Source: a virus | Lineage: Duplodnaviria; Caudoviricetes | IMG/VR virus record: IMGVR_UViG_3300032295_000239 | Location: 1 to 30,979 of that record | Strand: one strand, 5' to 3' | Length of the DNA: 30,979 nt | In this document: in pieces, positions 8,462 to 18,292 of the stretch | Layout: each line of letters begins with the position of its first letter | Numbering within the stretch: the first letter of the stretch is position 1 | Translations under genes and position numbers: made by a program | Notes under the pieces: model-generated | The model's input: only the letters and a program-made list of their open reading frames with translations | Told to the model about the DNA's origin: nothing | Databases searched by the model: none

Positions 8462-8863
8462 TTATAATATTTTAACCATTTCTTGACAATTACTATCTCC
8501 CTTTTGGAAACCACAATTGCTATATCTGTCAATCAGACTTTTACTCTTTAAAGATGTATAAATGTATTTAAAATCTCCAGTATCTTTAACCATTTCAATT
8601 AATACATTTATAAGAAATTCAAGAGCTTCATGCCTATCATCTTCCCTATAATGAAAGTTCGAAACTATAAATTCAATCCAAGCTGTTTTTGAGTTTGTGA
8701 AGTAAACAAATCCAGCACATATCTCAATGCCATCTTTGTGAACCATCACGCCTCCTTTGCCGTTTTGTGGCAACATATCAGCTGGCGGAGGTGTCCACCT
8801 CCAGTCTTTCCACCATGATGATAACTTGTTATAATCATCATCATTTAAGAATCGAACTTCCAT
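8462..8863 (-). CDS. GNAT-fold virion assembly protein (T7 gp13 / P22 gp14 position; 133 aa from MEVRFL)
   Basis: R-x-L-x-x-x-D-Y start, GIEICAGF strand, AWIEFIVSN and YSNCGF (Y-x-x-x-GF) motifs. It lies between the nozzle and ejection genes. Confidence 0.6.
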   Translation of the reverse strand: MEVRFLNDDDYNKLSSWWKDWRWTPPPADMLPQNGKGGVMVHKDGIEICAGFVYFTNSKTAWIEFIVSNFHYREDDRHEALEFLINVLIEMVKDTGDFKYIYTSLKSKSLIDRYSNCGFQKGDSNCQEMVKIL

Positions 8864-8866
8864 ACA

Positions 8867-8874
8867 CAAATTTA
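8867..8874 (-). promoter_or_regulatory. Bacteroidota-type -7 promoter box TAAATTTG
   Basis: Matches TAnnTTTG, overlaps the upstream stop codon and sits 3 nt before ATG 8863. Confidence 0.45.
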
Positions 8875-9888
8875 CAGAAAACTTTTGAATACTGAAGTGC
8901 CTACAGCGAACAATTTAACTTGCTCAGTCAAATCATTCTCTAAATAGATATTCATGTAGTATCCTCTTGCTCCAAATGATTCAGCTTGACTGTTTTTAAC
9001 ACATATTAAAAAATCAGTTGTAAGTGGAATACTACCTAATGTAGTATCAACAGTAATTGAGTTAGGCAATAAGTCAGTTATTGTTCCAACAAGAACCAAA
9101 GTACCAGCTGAATTTTTGTATAACTTATCTCCAATACTAATACTTGAGTCAAGTTTAAATAAAAAGTCTAATACAACAGCAGATGGTGTTGTTGAATCAA
9201 CACTATCAGCCGACCCCACTCCTTGAGTAGATAAAGCCTTAACGTCAATCGTATTGTCAAATCGTCTTATATATGCATACCATTGAGCTTCCTTTTCAAC
9301 GAAATATGTATAGTCAATACTACCGTCATTTATATTGGTATACACATTAGCAGTCCAGGGATGTGTGCTGTTAAGAGATACCGTATTAAACATCTTAACC
9401 ATCAATGGATCGGTGTTAAATATTGTTCGAATGCTTGATGGGTATTGACTACCATAGAAATTATTTCTAGTTGTATTTACGTTATGCCTCCAAAGTTCTC
9501 CATTCTTAAATGTGTAGAATATGCTATTCATTTCAGTCATCCAATCAGGTGAAAAAGACCAAAATGAATTCCAACCTTCAGAAACTTTTGAGTATGTTAT
9601 TGTTTTTCGTGGGGGTATACATGGAGTAACTACAAATGATTCAAATATACTACCTTCTTCGATTGTAAAAGTACCGAAAGGGCAAAGTGTGTCTGTTGTA
9701 AGATTAATATTAGGACCTAACCACGCAAATCCACCGCCAAAAGTATTCCATGCTATACCAAATTCTGTATCACCGATTGACATTGGATAAACATTTTTTC
9801 CATTCAATTGATAATTTGCTTTTTCCACCTCCACCGTTACAGGATCTTCACCTATTAATTGATAAGTTACTTTTATACAATCACACAT
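8872..9888 (-). CDS. C-terminal portion of tail nozzle/stabilization protein encoded as a separate gene (338 aa)
   Basis: TITYSKVSEGWNSFWSFSPDWM...YTFKNGELWRHN...RNNFYG...EKEAQWYAYI...STQGVG are the motifs that normally close P22 gp10-like/crAss muzzle proteins. A ~95-aa Cys-containing extra domain precedes them. Confidence 0.65.
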   Translation of the reverse strand: MCDCIKVTYQLIGEDPVTVEVEKANYQLNGKNVYPMSIGDTEFGIAWNTFGGGFAWLGPNINLTTDTLCPFGTFTIEEGSIFESFVVTPCIPPRKTITYSKVSEGWNSFWSFSPDWMTEMNSIFYTFKNGELWRHNVNTTRNNFYGSQYPSSIRTIFNTDPLMVKMFNTVSLNSTHPWTANVYTNINDGSIDYTYFVEKEAQWYAYIRRFDNTIDVKALSTQGVGSADSVDSTTPSAVVLDFLFKLDSSISIGDKLYKNSAGTLVLVGTITDLLPNSITVDTTLGSIPLTTDFLICVKNSQAESFGARGYYMNIYLENDLTEQVKLFAVGTSVFKSFL

Positions 9889-9899
9889 ATCACAAATTA

Positions 9900-12800
9900 T
9901 TAAAGTTCTTCTTCTGGTGGTGGCGGCAACTCTGTTCCATTTTGGAATAATCTAAATGTCTCTGTTGAACCATCACAATATTCAATTACAAAATCAACAT
10001 ATCTTGATGACTCTGAATCATTACTATCAATATATGCATATATATCTTGATCGCCATAACCAGAATCTACCAATATATTAGCCCATCCAGTATCAATACC
10101 ACCATATTCTAAAGTAATAGTCCAATATGTATTAGACATGATACTAAACATAAAGTAAGAATTTCCATCTGTATTCCAAGTAAGTGTTCTATTAGCCTGA
10201 CTAATTGACAACTGACATACACCTTGTCTTACATCTGTAAATGATAACACATAAGTCTCATTGTACGGATCATACGTTCCTAGTTTTTGAGTGTTAGGGT
10301 TGTCTTTTAACTCATCTCTAAAATAATTCTTCATACCATTGGCTGATATTTCAATGACTTGATCACCTGCCATTTGCAATACAGCTCCTCTCCTTGCATC
10401 TGTAAAGAAAACTATATTGGCAAACTTAGCAAAACTCTCAGGATTGTTACTGATACCATATTCAGATGGATGAACAATCTGATTACCTAACACTTCAGGT
10501 ACAGATGCCACCTGACCTCCACCAACAGCATCAACTAACAAGTTCTTTCCATAAAGAACTGACGTTATTTTGTCCTGCTGTAATACCATTAGGTTGGTAT
10601 CTTGAGCGTACAACTTTTGTATCGGTCCGTACTGCTTATCTAAATTCTTAAAATTCGCTTGAGATAAATTAAAAGAGTTTAATCTATTGGTTGATGTGTC
10701 TCCCTTAAAAATACCACTATAGCAAAGAGATGACATTTTATCTTCTTGCTTGTAATCCTCAATAACACTTGTTGCTCTTGGACTATATCTCATTGTAGGT
10801 CTCAAGAAGTTGTCATAAATTCTATATGACTCAACACCATTACCAAAAGCAAAAGCATTGAAGTCTGAGTTATCTGATGTTATATTGTTTAGTTCTACTA
10901 CTAATGGAACTACAGGACTTCCATTAAAATCTTGATCACTTTCCCATTGCTGATAAAATACACTACCTGTTGCAGAACCACTTGGTAGTGGACCTGCTAA
11001 ATCAATTATAATAGCATACTCATTTATAACATAAAGTATTTCATAATAAGCACTAGGCGGACCAAATGCTGCTAATGGATCATCATTTTTAACATATACT
11101 ATCTCGCCTGCATTAAATGAATGCTGCATGTCATCAGCAACATCACCAAATGGCGTAGCTGGACCTAATACTGTAAAAAAGTCGAATTCAGCAGGAACAT
11201 CTGGCCAAACATCTCCATAAGTATAATCATTCCATCTCCACGATACCATGTGATTACCGTTCTCAATTCGATACGTCTTACGCATTTCGTAAAATACATC
11301 AATGTCTGATTCTAATGGTACTGTTTCCGCAGATAATTGAACTGTTGGAGTTTGAGTGATATTTAATTCAGCTGTTATTAAACTCCTATTAGATACGTTT
11401 CTATCACTTACACCTCTTACTAATAGAGTTAAATAACCAGTTGAACTTTCAACAATAAAATTAGTATCTTCTCCAGTTGCACTATCAATAGAAGGTGTTG
11501 AATTAACTGATCTTCTAAACATTATATTTTTAGCGGATGTAGTTAAAACATCAGCTTGATTTTTATATTGAAATGTTTGATAAGCACCTGATTTCCAAAA
11601 CCACTCCTCTAAATTCTTGTAATAGTTATCACTTGTCCAACTATTATTTTGATTTCTTATAGGTCCAGATCCAGGTATTTTATCCTCTAATATATTTATT
11701 TCTATAGCAGCACCAGGATATATTGGTCCGTTATATATAAGTGTAGAATGACCTCCATAATCATCAGGATCTAAATCAATTTGTGTATCAGATACTCTAG
11801 TAGGTATACCTCCTACATCACCTAATGATAGTATTCCTTGTCCATTTATTACAGTTCTTAATAATGAAGAACCTGCTGTAATAGAATTTGCTCTTATATT
11901 AAATACATATTGATCTCCAATATTATAGTTTCCACTATCAAAATAAACATTAAAATTATATGGTACTCCAAAATAAGTACCTAAGTCAATATTATAAAAT
12001 GAAGTGCTACTAGGTATTAATATTGATGAACTCCACCCACTATCAGCATCAGGTACTTGAGTCCATTGAAAATGAGTTCCAAGACTTGTTGGACTAGAAG
12101 GATTTGGAACTATTCTAATAGATATTCTATAATCCTTTAATAACTCAAACGATGTATTCGGATAAGTCATATTTACATTTGGAGCTCCTGCTTGAGATGG
12201 TTGAGTCAATGTGTTGTCTCCTGTTCCAGAATAAAATGCTTTATCAAATTGAACACTAGTAATTCTTGATACAACTGGGCTTTTAGGATATGGAGCTCCA
12301 GCAATAGTCAAATTAGGACCTCTTCCTGTAGAAAAAATACTAAATGATTGAGATGTTGGTTCATCCAAAAATACATCAATAGGGTCAGCTTTAATCTTAA
12401 AATATAAACCTTCAATTGTAAATGGTGAACTAGCTTGTTTATATTCAAGCTCAAGTATTTTAAATTGTTTATTCGAATGAGTTGCTATACCATTAGAAGT
12501 TTTAAAAATAATATAACCCCCTACAGTAATTTTATCTCTGTCTGACTCATTAATCAAGAAATATCTAAATACACCATCAACAATAAAAGTTCTAGGAAAT
12601 ATATTATAATAATCACCTTGAGCTTGCTTGATTGCAAATCTATAATTTGTAGCCCAATATGGAGCTTCATTATTTAATGTTACTTTTATTGAATTTGCTG
12701 TATCTGAATTAGTTGGAGGAATATATAGTGTATTTGTTTTACTAGTTAAAGCAGTAGTCATTCTTCCATATTCATCAGTATATATTATACCAATTTCATA

Positions 12801-13961
12801 ATCTCTATCACTTCTAAATGTCTTTTTAGGCTCAGTGGTTATAACTTCATCTTCAAGAGATAAAGCATAATTAGGAATAATTTTTATACCGTCTCCATTA
12901 ACAATATCTCTAAATTGAACATAGTTACCATATACTAATCTATTCCCTATTATCTCTTGAGCTTTAGCAGTTAATGGTACATTATCAAATAATCTAGTTA
13001 CTTCACTTGATTCTAACGGTGTGTATATCTTATTGGCTGAAAAAGTTATAGTATATTTTGAATTATCTAATATTGGTATATCTGCTTTATTATAATTATC
13101 GACTATATAAACATTTAACCTATATGTATCAAAATACAAAACTTGTATTTGCTCAACAAATTGATTTCCTGTATCAAATGTTACATCAACCTTATTATAT
13201 TTATTGAGCATTCCTTTATTGTCACCTGTATTGTAATCATAAGCAAATCCACTTGCATGGAATGCAACAGATGAAAATGGAGATAATGAACTATATTGAT
13301 TGTCTTTATATTTAAAACGATATGAGAAATAAATAAACTTTTCTTGAATATTATTAGAAACGTCAATATCTGATACAAAAGACAAATCAATCTTAGGTGA
13401 ATACAATGGAGGTGTTAAAATAACGTCTATATCATCATATATTCTAGGATCGTTAGTAATATAACTTTTTGCTCTAGAAACATTTATTCTTCTCGGTGGA
13501 TTCAATCCATCTGTCCAATATATAAACGGGCCTTCACCCTTAGATGCAGGAATAAAATTAATACCAGTAACAGGGTAGTTCTTGTTGAAATTAAGAGGGC
13601 TAGCAGTTGATTTATCCCACAATAAAACAATACTTGTAAATTGAAATAACTCACTATATTCAAATATAGCATCAAAAGTATCACTTGTAACCAACCAATA
13701 TATTAAGTTGTCAGCCTCATAAGTAACAGCTCCTATTGTTTTAGCATTAGAACCAACATAAGTAATACCTTCATTCTCTACTAATGTTTGAATATTTGTA
13801 ACTAATGTATTTCCTAGTGAATTTGAAACAGCTCCTATATTAGATCCAGATGTTGTATCAATAGTTACATTTAATGCATCAATAAACTCTCCATCAGGTA
13901 CAAGTCTCTCATCAAGATCCTTGTTCATTTTCCCTGCAATAAAAGTCTTTTTTAATTCCAT
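9900..13961 (-). CDS. Tail nozzle/stabilization (muzzle) protein, P22 gp10 / T7 gp12-like, 1353 aa, with C-terminal BACON-like Ig domain
   Basis: Motifs GKMNKDLDERLVP.GE..DALN, YWTDGLNPPRRIN, FSYRFKY, DNVPLTAKAQEIIGNRLVYGNY, GIIYTDEYGR, EYGISNNPESFA and FFTDARRGAVL. Confidence 0.8.
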   Translation of the reverse strand: MELKKTFIAGKMNKDLDERLVPDGEFIDALNVTIDTTSGSNIGAVSNSLGNTLVTNIQTLVENEGITYVGSNAKTIGAVTYEADNLIYWLVTSDTFDAIFEYSELFQFTSIVLLWDKSTASPLNFNKNYPVTGINFIPASKGEGPFIYWTDGLNPPRRINVSRAKSYITNDPRIYDDIDVILTPPLYSPKIDLSFVSDIDVSNNIQEKFIYFSYRFKYKDNQYSSLSPFSSVAFHASGFAYDYNTGDNKGMLNKYNKVDVTFDTGNQFVEQIQVLYFDTYRLNVYIVDNYNKADIPILDNSKYTITFSANKIYTPLESSEVTRLFDNVPLTAKAQEIIGNRLVYGNYVQFRDIVNGDGIKIIPNYALSLEDEVITTEPKKTFRSDRDYEIGIIYTDEYGRMTTALTSKTNTLYIPPTNSDTANSIKVTLNNEAPYWATNYRFAIKQAQGDYYNIFPRTFIVDGVFRYFLINESDRDKITVGGYIIFKTSNGIATHSNKQFKILELEYKQASSPFTIEGLYFKIKADPIDVFLDEPTSQSFSIFSTGRGPNLTIAGAPYPKSPVVSRITSVQFDKAFYSGTGDNTLTQPSQAGAPNVNMTYPNTSFELLKDYRISIRIVPNPSSPTSLGTHFQWTQVPDADSGWSSSILIPSSTSFYNIDLGTYFGVPYNFNVYFDSGNYNIGDQYVFNIRANSITAGSSLLRTVINGQGILSLGDVGGIPTRVSDTQIDLDPDDYGGHSTLIYNGPIYPGAAIEINILEDKIPGSGPIRNQNNSWTSDNYYKNLEEWFWKSGAYQTFQYKNQADVLTTSAKNIMFRRSVNSTPSIDSATGEDTNFIVESSTGYLTLLVRGVSDRNVSNRSLITAELNITQTPTVQLSAETVPLESDIDVFYEMRKTYRIENGNHMVSWRWNDYTYGDVWPDVPAEFDFFTVLGPATPFGDVADDMQHSFNAGEIVYVKNDDPLAAFGPPSAYYEILYVINEYAIIIDLAGPLPSGSATGSVFYQQWESDQDFNGSPVVPLVVELNNITSDNSDFNAFAFGNGVESYRIYDNFLRPTMRYSPRATSVIEDYKQEDKMSSLCYSGIFKGDTSTNRLNSFNLSQANFKNLDKQYGPIQKLYAQDTNLMVLQQDKITSVLYGKNLLVDAVGGGQVASVPEVLGNQIVHPSEYGISNNPESFAKFANIVFFTDARRGAVLQMAGDQVIEISANGMKNYFRDELKDNPNTQKLGTYDPYNETYVLSFTDVRQGVCQLSISQANRTLTWNTDGNSYFMFSIMSNTYWTITLEYGGIDTGWANILVDSGYGDQDIYAYIDSNDSESSRYVDFVIEYCDGSTETFRLFQNGTELPPPPEEEL

Positions 13962-14869
13962 TATTTTATAATTTTATCACGCCCTCTTAGTGACATAAGT
14001 AGTCTAGCTGGATGTAAGTTGCTCAATCTTATTTTAGTGTTTCGTAAAGAAGCTGTTTTAGCTTTTTGAACTCTATTAACAAGGTATTCTTGAACCATTG
14101 TTTTGTTGCTTAATATAGCCCACTTCAAATAATTATAAATATATTCCTCTGCTAATTTGTTGATTGTGATAAGAGAATCATCACCATTTTCCATTCCGTC
14201 TGAAATGTATTCAAGAACAATGTAGCCATCTTCAACGCCAGTAGAAAAGTCAATTACTCCTGCTGCTTTGTTTATAGTAAACTTAGGGTTTCTATTTGCT
14301 TCATCAGTAGCTAGACCATAACGTCCGCCCATATTATAACCAAAATACCATTCACCATTATAATCCCATCCGTAAGCACCATTGTAAGGGCCAGGTCCAG
14401 TGTAAAGTTGTTTATCAAGTCTCATCATATCAACTTTTGATGTACCTGTAACTACTTCACCATTTAAATCAAAAATAATATTATAATCATTGTCTTGTAA
14501 GTATGCAGTAGCTGACAATACTGATCTATTCTCAGTCAGCTGCAAAAGAACACCTTGTCGAAGCAATGATATTCTTACATAGTTAACATAGTCAGGAGGT
14601 AATACCATCTTTAAGCTATCATCTAAATGCAACTCAACTACCTTGATATTTCTTAATGCATCATAGTTAAGCTCTTGAATAGCTCTCTTTGCATGAAATA
14701 ATACAGTATATCGCTCAACATTATTGACAAGTTTATCATTGCCAACATACATAAGCATAAAGTTATTCACTATATCAGCAAGGCTAACATATTGATATGA
14801 ACCCCAGTTCGTATCTTCAGGTATTACACCATTGTTAGTATAATATTGATAGTTAGTAATGTATGCCAT
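13961..14869 (-). CDS. Tail tubular/ring (adaptor) protein (302 aa)
   Basis: FHAKRAIQELNYD, LPPDYVNYVRIS and IVLEYISDG motifs. It lies immediately upstream of the nozzle gene. Confidence 0.7.
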   Translation of the reverse strand: MAYITNYQYYTNNGVIPEDTNWGSYQYVSLADIVNNFMLMYVGNDKLVNNVERYTVLFHAKRAIQELNYDALRNIKVVELHLDDSLKMVLPPDYVNYVRISLLRQGVLLQLTENRSVLSATAYLQDNDYNIIFDLNGEVVTGTSKVDMMRLDKQLYTGPGPYNGAYGWDYNGEWYFGYNMGGRYGLATDEANRNPKFTINKAAGVIDFSTGVEDGYIVLEYISDGMENGDDSLITINKLAEEYIYNYLKWAILSNKTMVQEYLVNRVQKAKTASLRNTKIRLSNLHPARLLMSLRGRDKIIK

Positions 14870-14872
14870 TTA

Positions 14873-15583
14873 TTATTGTTTTTGTTGTATTTCTTGTAGC
14901 TCTTCAGCCTTAGCTGCTGCCATAACTTCTTGCTCTCTTATTGATACGCCAGCGTATTGTAATATCTTAACAACCAAGTCAGAGAAGTCACTCATTGGCA
15001 GTTCAAAGTCTTGATAGTCAATAGCAGATTGATTAAACAATGGATCTCCACCAACTGAAGTGTATGTCCATTTAGGCTCTCTTGGATACCTTAAATAGTG
15101 AGCATCAACACTAGCCGTTATCGTGTTAGGGTAAACCATAAAATTAGCTCTAGCATTAGTTGTACCGTCATCATCCATCAATGTATAAACAGGATAAGCA
15201 GCCGTTGGTGCAGTCAAGTTTGAGGCCAATAGATAAAGGACTTTTTGTTGGCTTACTTTCTCTATTTCCTTATTATTTAAAACTAACTTCTGAATGAAAT
15301 AACTATCTGATGGTACTTCAAAATATGGAGCTGTATAAGTAAGTGAATCAACTTTATAAAATGTATCTAGAACTTCAGATAGTTTTTTAGGTACATCAGA
15401 ATAACCCTCACCATGCATTCTTTGATTTTGCTTGATAATTGCATTGCTATATAGGTATATATATCGTTCAAATATATCTAACTGTGCTTGTTTAGCGTAT
15501 AGGTTAAACTCAAGCGGTGTAACATATCCCCTATTGTCTTTTGCTAATATAGACAGAACAGTATTTCTAACTTCGTTTATCAT
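14873..15583 (-). CDS. Head-tail ring/connector protein (236 aa)
   Basis: MINEVRNTVLSILAK..RGYVTP.EFN..A..AQ, YLRYPREPKW and DFELP...DLVVKILQYAG motifs, plus synteny after the capsid genes. Confidence 0.65.
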   Translation of the reverse strand: MINEVRNTVLSILAKDNRGYVTPLEFNLYAKQAQLDIFERYIYLYSNAIIKQNQRMHGEGYSDVPKKLSEVLDTFYKVDSLTYTAPYFEVPSDSYFIQKLVLNNKEIEKVSQQKVLYLLASNLTAPTAAYPVYTLMDDDGTTNARANFMVYPNTITASVDAHYLRYPREPKWTYTSVGGDPLFNQSAIDYQDFELPMSDFSDLVVKILQYAGVSIREQEVMAAAKAEELQEIQQKQ

Positions 15584-15588
15584 ACTTA

Positions 15589-15596
15589 CAAAGATA
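15589..15596 (-). promoter_or_regulatory. Bacteroidota-type -7 promoter box TATCTTTG
   Basis: TAnnTTTG located 5 nt before ATG 15583 and directly after a terminator. Confidence 0.6.
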
Positions 15597-15599
15597 AAT

Positions 15600-15626
15600 A
15601 AAAAAAGGCACTTACAATAAGTGCCT
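15600..15626 (-). terminator. Rho-independent terminator after the 104-aa gene
   Basis: AGGCACTTA-TTG-TAAGTGCCT stem-loop followed by a T-tract on the minus strand. Confidence 0.85.
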
Positions 15627-15650
15627 CTTCCTTTCTAGTTTGATTTCCTA

Positions 15651-15965
15651 TTATGCAAGTGCAACGCTTGAAATAGTAATACCAGTAGGTAATACAGGAA
15701 CAATAAATGAATCTGGATTACTTGATGCTCTATTAGCTAATTCAATAGCATCATAAATAGCATCTCTAAATGCAACCTGTTCAGCAGCTGTTGCAGTAGT
15801 AGATGATGTGATACGAACAGTATCAGAAGCAGCAGTAGCTCCACCAGCACCATATAAAACATCTACTAATGTACTACTAGCTAATGTAGTAGCTACAAAC
15901 TGAATACTAGAAGCATTAAGAATTGTAACGTTAGATCCAGCAGTTAATTTTAAAAACTTTTCCAT
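15651..15965 (-). CDS. Small Ala/Thr/Ser-rich virion protein, possible capsid decoration or vertex protein (104 aa)
   Basis: Structural-protein composition, with its own TAnnTTTG box upstream and terminator downstream. Confidence 0.5.
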   Translation of the reverse strand: MEKFLKLTAGSNVTILNASSIQFVATTLASSTLVDVLYGAGGATAASDTVRITSSTTATAAEQVAFRDAIYDAIELANRASSNPDSFIVPVLPTGITISSVALA

Positions 15966-15995
15966 AACTTAAATAATTTATTATTAATAACAATG

Positions 15996-16003
15996 CAAAT
16001 ATA
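15996..16003 (-). promoter_or_regulatory. Bacteroidota-type -7 promoter box TATATTTG
   Basis: TAnnTTTG in the intergenic gap, 30 nt upstream of ATG 15965. Confidence 0.6.
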
Positions 16004-16783
16004 CTAATTATTTGACAACTTATCTTCTAGGAATTGGTACAGCTCAATACCTTCATCTGACTGTAAATATGAAGCTAAAACAGATGCTGGATTAGCACCA
16101 AATGGAACTGTAAGTAACTTCTTCTTGTTTTCTTTTAAGTTGAAATACAAATCCTTACCTTGATTTCTAGTAGTTAAGTATCCATCAGATATTGCTCTTG
16201 CAGCAATGTTGTTGATTTTTAATGATGGATCATCTACTGCATCCAAGAAATCTTCTGGGTATCTTTTAGCATAAATCATCATATCTCTCTTAATTTCAGC
16301 ACTGCTCATTTTATCAACTCTTCCACCAAGTAATATTCTGGCAACAGCCTCTAATGTATTAAAGTCATTTGCAGCCAAATCTCTAGCGGCCAACTGTGCA
16401 TCAAGCTCAGAATACATTGATTTAACATCTTCTTCTGCATCTCTTTCATTGTCAAATTCAAAAAATTCTGTTCCATTACCAGGATGATAATGTAAGAATT
16501 GTTGTAATACTGGATTTGTTTTTGGTACTATTAAAATACCATCTTCGAACACGATAGGCTCAACTATCACATTTTGATCTTGCTCTTCCTGAAAAGGACT
16601 ATTTGAGTTTCGAGCGTAACGTAATGGGTGATTGGTATTAGTTTCTCCGTTGTAATAAAGTAATCTTTGTCTAGGAGTATCCTTTGAGGCTATATAATAA
16701 GACAAAGGCGATTGATTGTTTTTCAGAATATAAGTTCTGTCTTTAGGCTCAAGAGCCACTTTTTTAATTGATAACTTTTCCAT
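16004..16783 (-). CDS. Conserved post-capsid protein (259 aa; start revised to MEKLSIKK)
   Basis: LRYARN..SPF.EEQ, IVFEDGIL.VP..NP.LQ.FL..HP motifs. ATG 16783 follows the capsid terminator and an A/T-rich leader. The longer track ORF would overlap the capsid gene. Confidence 0.7.
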   Translation of the reverse strand: MEKLSIKKVALEPKDRTYILKNNQSPLSYYIASKDTPRQRLLYYNGETNTNHPLRYARNSNSPFQEEQDQNVIVEPIVFEDGILIVPKTNPVLQQFLHYHPGNGTEFFEFDNERDAEEDVKSMYSELDAQLAARDLAANDFNTLEAVARILLGGRVDKMSSAEIKRDMMIYAKRYPEDFLDAVDDPSLKINNIAARAISDGYLTTRNQGKDLYFNLKENKKKLLTVPFGANPASVLASYLQSDEGIELYQFLEDKLSNN

Positions 16784-16802
16784 TTTATATAATTTAAATT
16801 TT

Positions 16803-16836
16803 AAAAAAATAGAGAGGGTTTTTACACCCTCTCTGT
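16803..16836 (-). terminator. Rho-independent terminator after the major capsid gene
   Basis: AGAGAGGG-TGTAAAAA-CCCTCTCT followed by ATTTTTTT on the minus strand. Confidence 0.85.
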
Positions 16837-16844
16837 ATTTATTC

Positions 16845-18287
16845 TTATCCTTTGAAGATAAAGAAGTTGTTTGCACCAAGTGTACAAAGAGCTCTTTCAG
16901 ACAAGAAGTTAACCTCCATTGCATCAAGATCGCTAGTTGAAGCACCACCTGCAGAACCAGTCATCCAAGTTTTGTAACGTCTGTTCTCAGCTTCAGAAGC
17001 TCGGTAACGAACGTGTAAGAATGGACGTTTTGCGTTTTTACCAAGAACTTGGTCATAAACTGTAGTTGTACCAGCAGGAACTAATACTCCGTTAACAGCT
17101 CCACCAACTAGACCACCACGAAGAGTAGCATCATTAAGATATTTCCAGTCAGTTTTGTAGAACTCATAACCTCTACGGAATCCTGTAAATCCAAGATTCA
17201 AAGCCATTTGCTCGCTGTTATCGAATAAACCGTAAGATGTACCACCAACTCCGTAAGAGTTTTGAGCAGCCAACATATCATCAATATCGAAAGAGAACTG
17301 ACGATTCAAGAACAATGCGTTCTCAGCGATAGCTCCTTGCTTGTCAAGACGTTGTACGATAGTATCAAAGTCAGCCAAAGCAGATGGATTACCACCAGCC
17401 CAAACATTTCCTCTGTTTTCGATTTCGTAGAATAAACCTTTAGTACCAGCAGCAGTTGTACCAGCAGCTGAACCAGGAGCAGCAGCAGTAGATGGAGACA
17501 AATAAGCTAATGCATCAGATGCAGCTTCAGCAGGTACACCTTCTACCATTGACATTTCAAGATAATCTTCAAAACGTAGACGAGTTTCGTGCTCTGATTT
17601 CAAATACCACAAATAACCTGTAGCACCATTCTCAGTAGTTACTTCAACCCATCCAATTTGAGCCATATCAGATCCAGACACAACATATTTATCTTTAATG
17701 ATAATAGGTTTAACATCAAAGAATATATCTTGAGCCTCTAATGAACCGCTCATACCGCTTGTTCCTTTACTAAATTCAGAACCATAAACGAATACAGTTA
17801 CAAGTTCAGTAGTAATAGTAAATGGAGAACCAGACGCGTTGTAAAACTTAACTGTAAATGTAGAACCATCAGAAGCAACTGCACTAATAACTCCTTTTGC
17901 AGAGTTAGCAGCTACACTTTGAGATGAAAGGAATACAGTTTGATTAACTCTAAAGTTACATACAGTAAGTGGTGATGTTGTTGCCATTGTAAAAGTAGCT
18001 GTATCTGTACCAGCTGCTGAAGATGGGATAACATTTGTATACTTAGTATGTAAACGCCCTTGCTCCGCCCACTTAATTAAGTCAGAGTTAGTAGGGATTT
18101 CAGCACCAACCATACGCAAGAAAGATGCGATAGATCGGTTACCATAACGCTCGAATTCTTGCTCATAAGTATCAGGAAGATACTGATTCAAGAAGCTAAA
18201 ATTCGTAATGTAGTTTGTAGGCAATGCTGCCTTCACTGAGCTAGGTGTAATTGCAACACCAGGACTCGCTTGTAATGTACCAGCCAT
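16845..18287 (-). CDS. Major capsid protein (480 aa, HK97-like fold inferred)
   Basis: Follows the acidic scaffold gene and is followed by a terminator. Motifs include QYLPDTYEQEFERYGNR, KWAEQGRLH, ETRLRFEDYLEMSM, GTKGLF and FLSERALC. Codon usage is strongly biased, as expected for a highly expressed gene. Confidence 0.85.
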   Translation of the reverse strand: MAGTLQASPGVAITPSSVKAALPTNYITNFSFLNQYLPDTYEQEFERYGNRSIASFLRMVGAEIPTNSDLIKWAEQGRLHTKYTNVIPSSAAGTDTATFTMATTSPLTVCNFRVNQTVFLSSQSVAANSAKGVISAVASDGSTFTVKFYNASGSPFTITTELVTVFVYGSEFSKGTSGMSGSLEAQDIFFDVKPIIIKDKYVVSGSDMAQIGWVEVTTENGATGYLWYLKSEHETRLRFEDYLEMSMVEGVPAEAASDALAYLSPSTAAAPGSAAGTTAAGTKGLFYEIENRGNVWAGGNPSALADFDTIVQRLDKQGAIAENALFLNRQFSFDIDDMLAAQNSYGVGGTSYGLFDNSEQMALNLGFTGFRRGYEFYKTDWKYLNDATLRGGLVGGAVNGVLVPAGTTTVYDQVLGKNAKRPFLHVRYRASEAENRRYKTWMTGSAGGASTSDLDAMEVNFLSERALCTLGANNFFIFKG

Positions 18288-18292
18288 TTTTT

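Noticed and set aside
16784-16948. N-terminal extension of the 314-aa track ORF (likewise 8461-8532 for the 267-aa ORF)
   Set aside because: These overlap the upstream gene (and, for the 314-aa ORF, a terminator). Downstream ATGs at 16783 and 8460 fit better.
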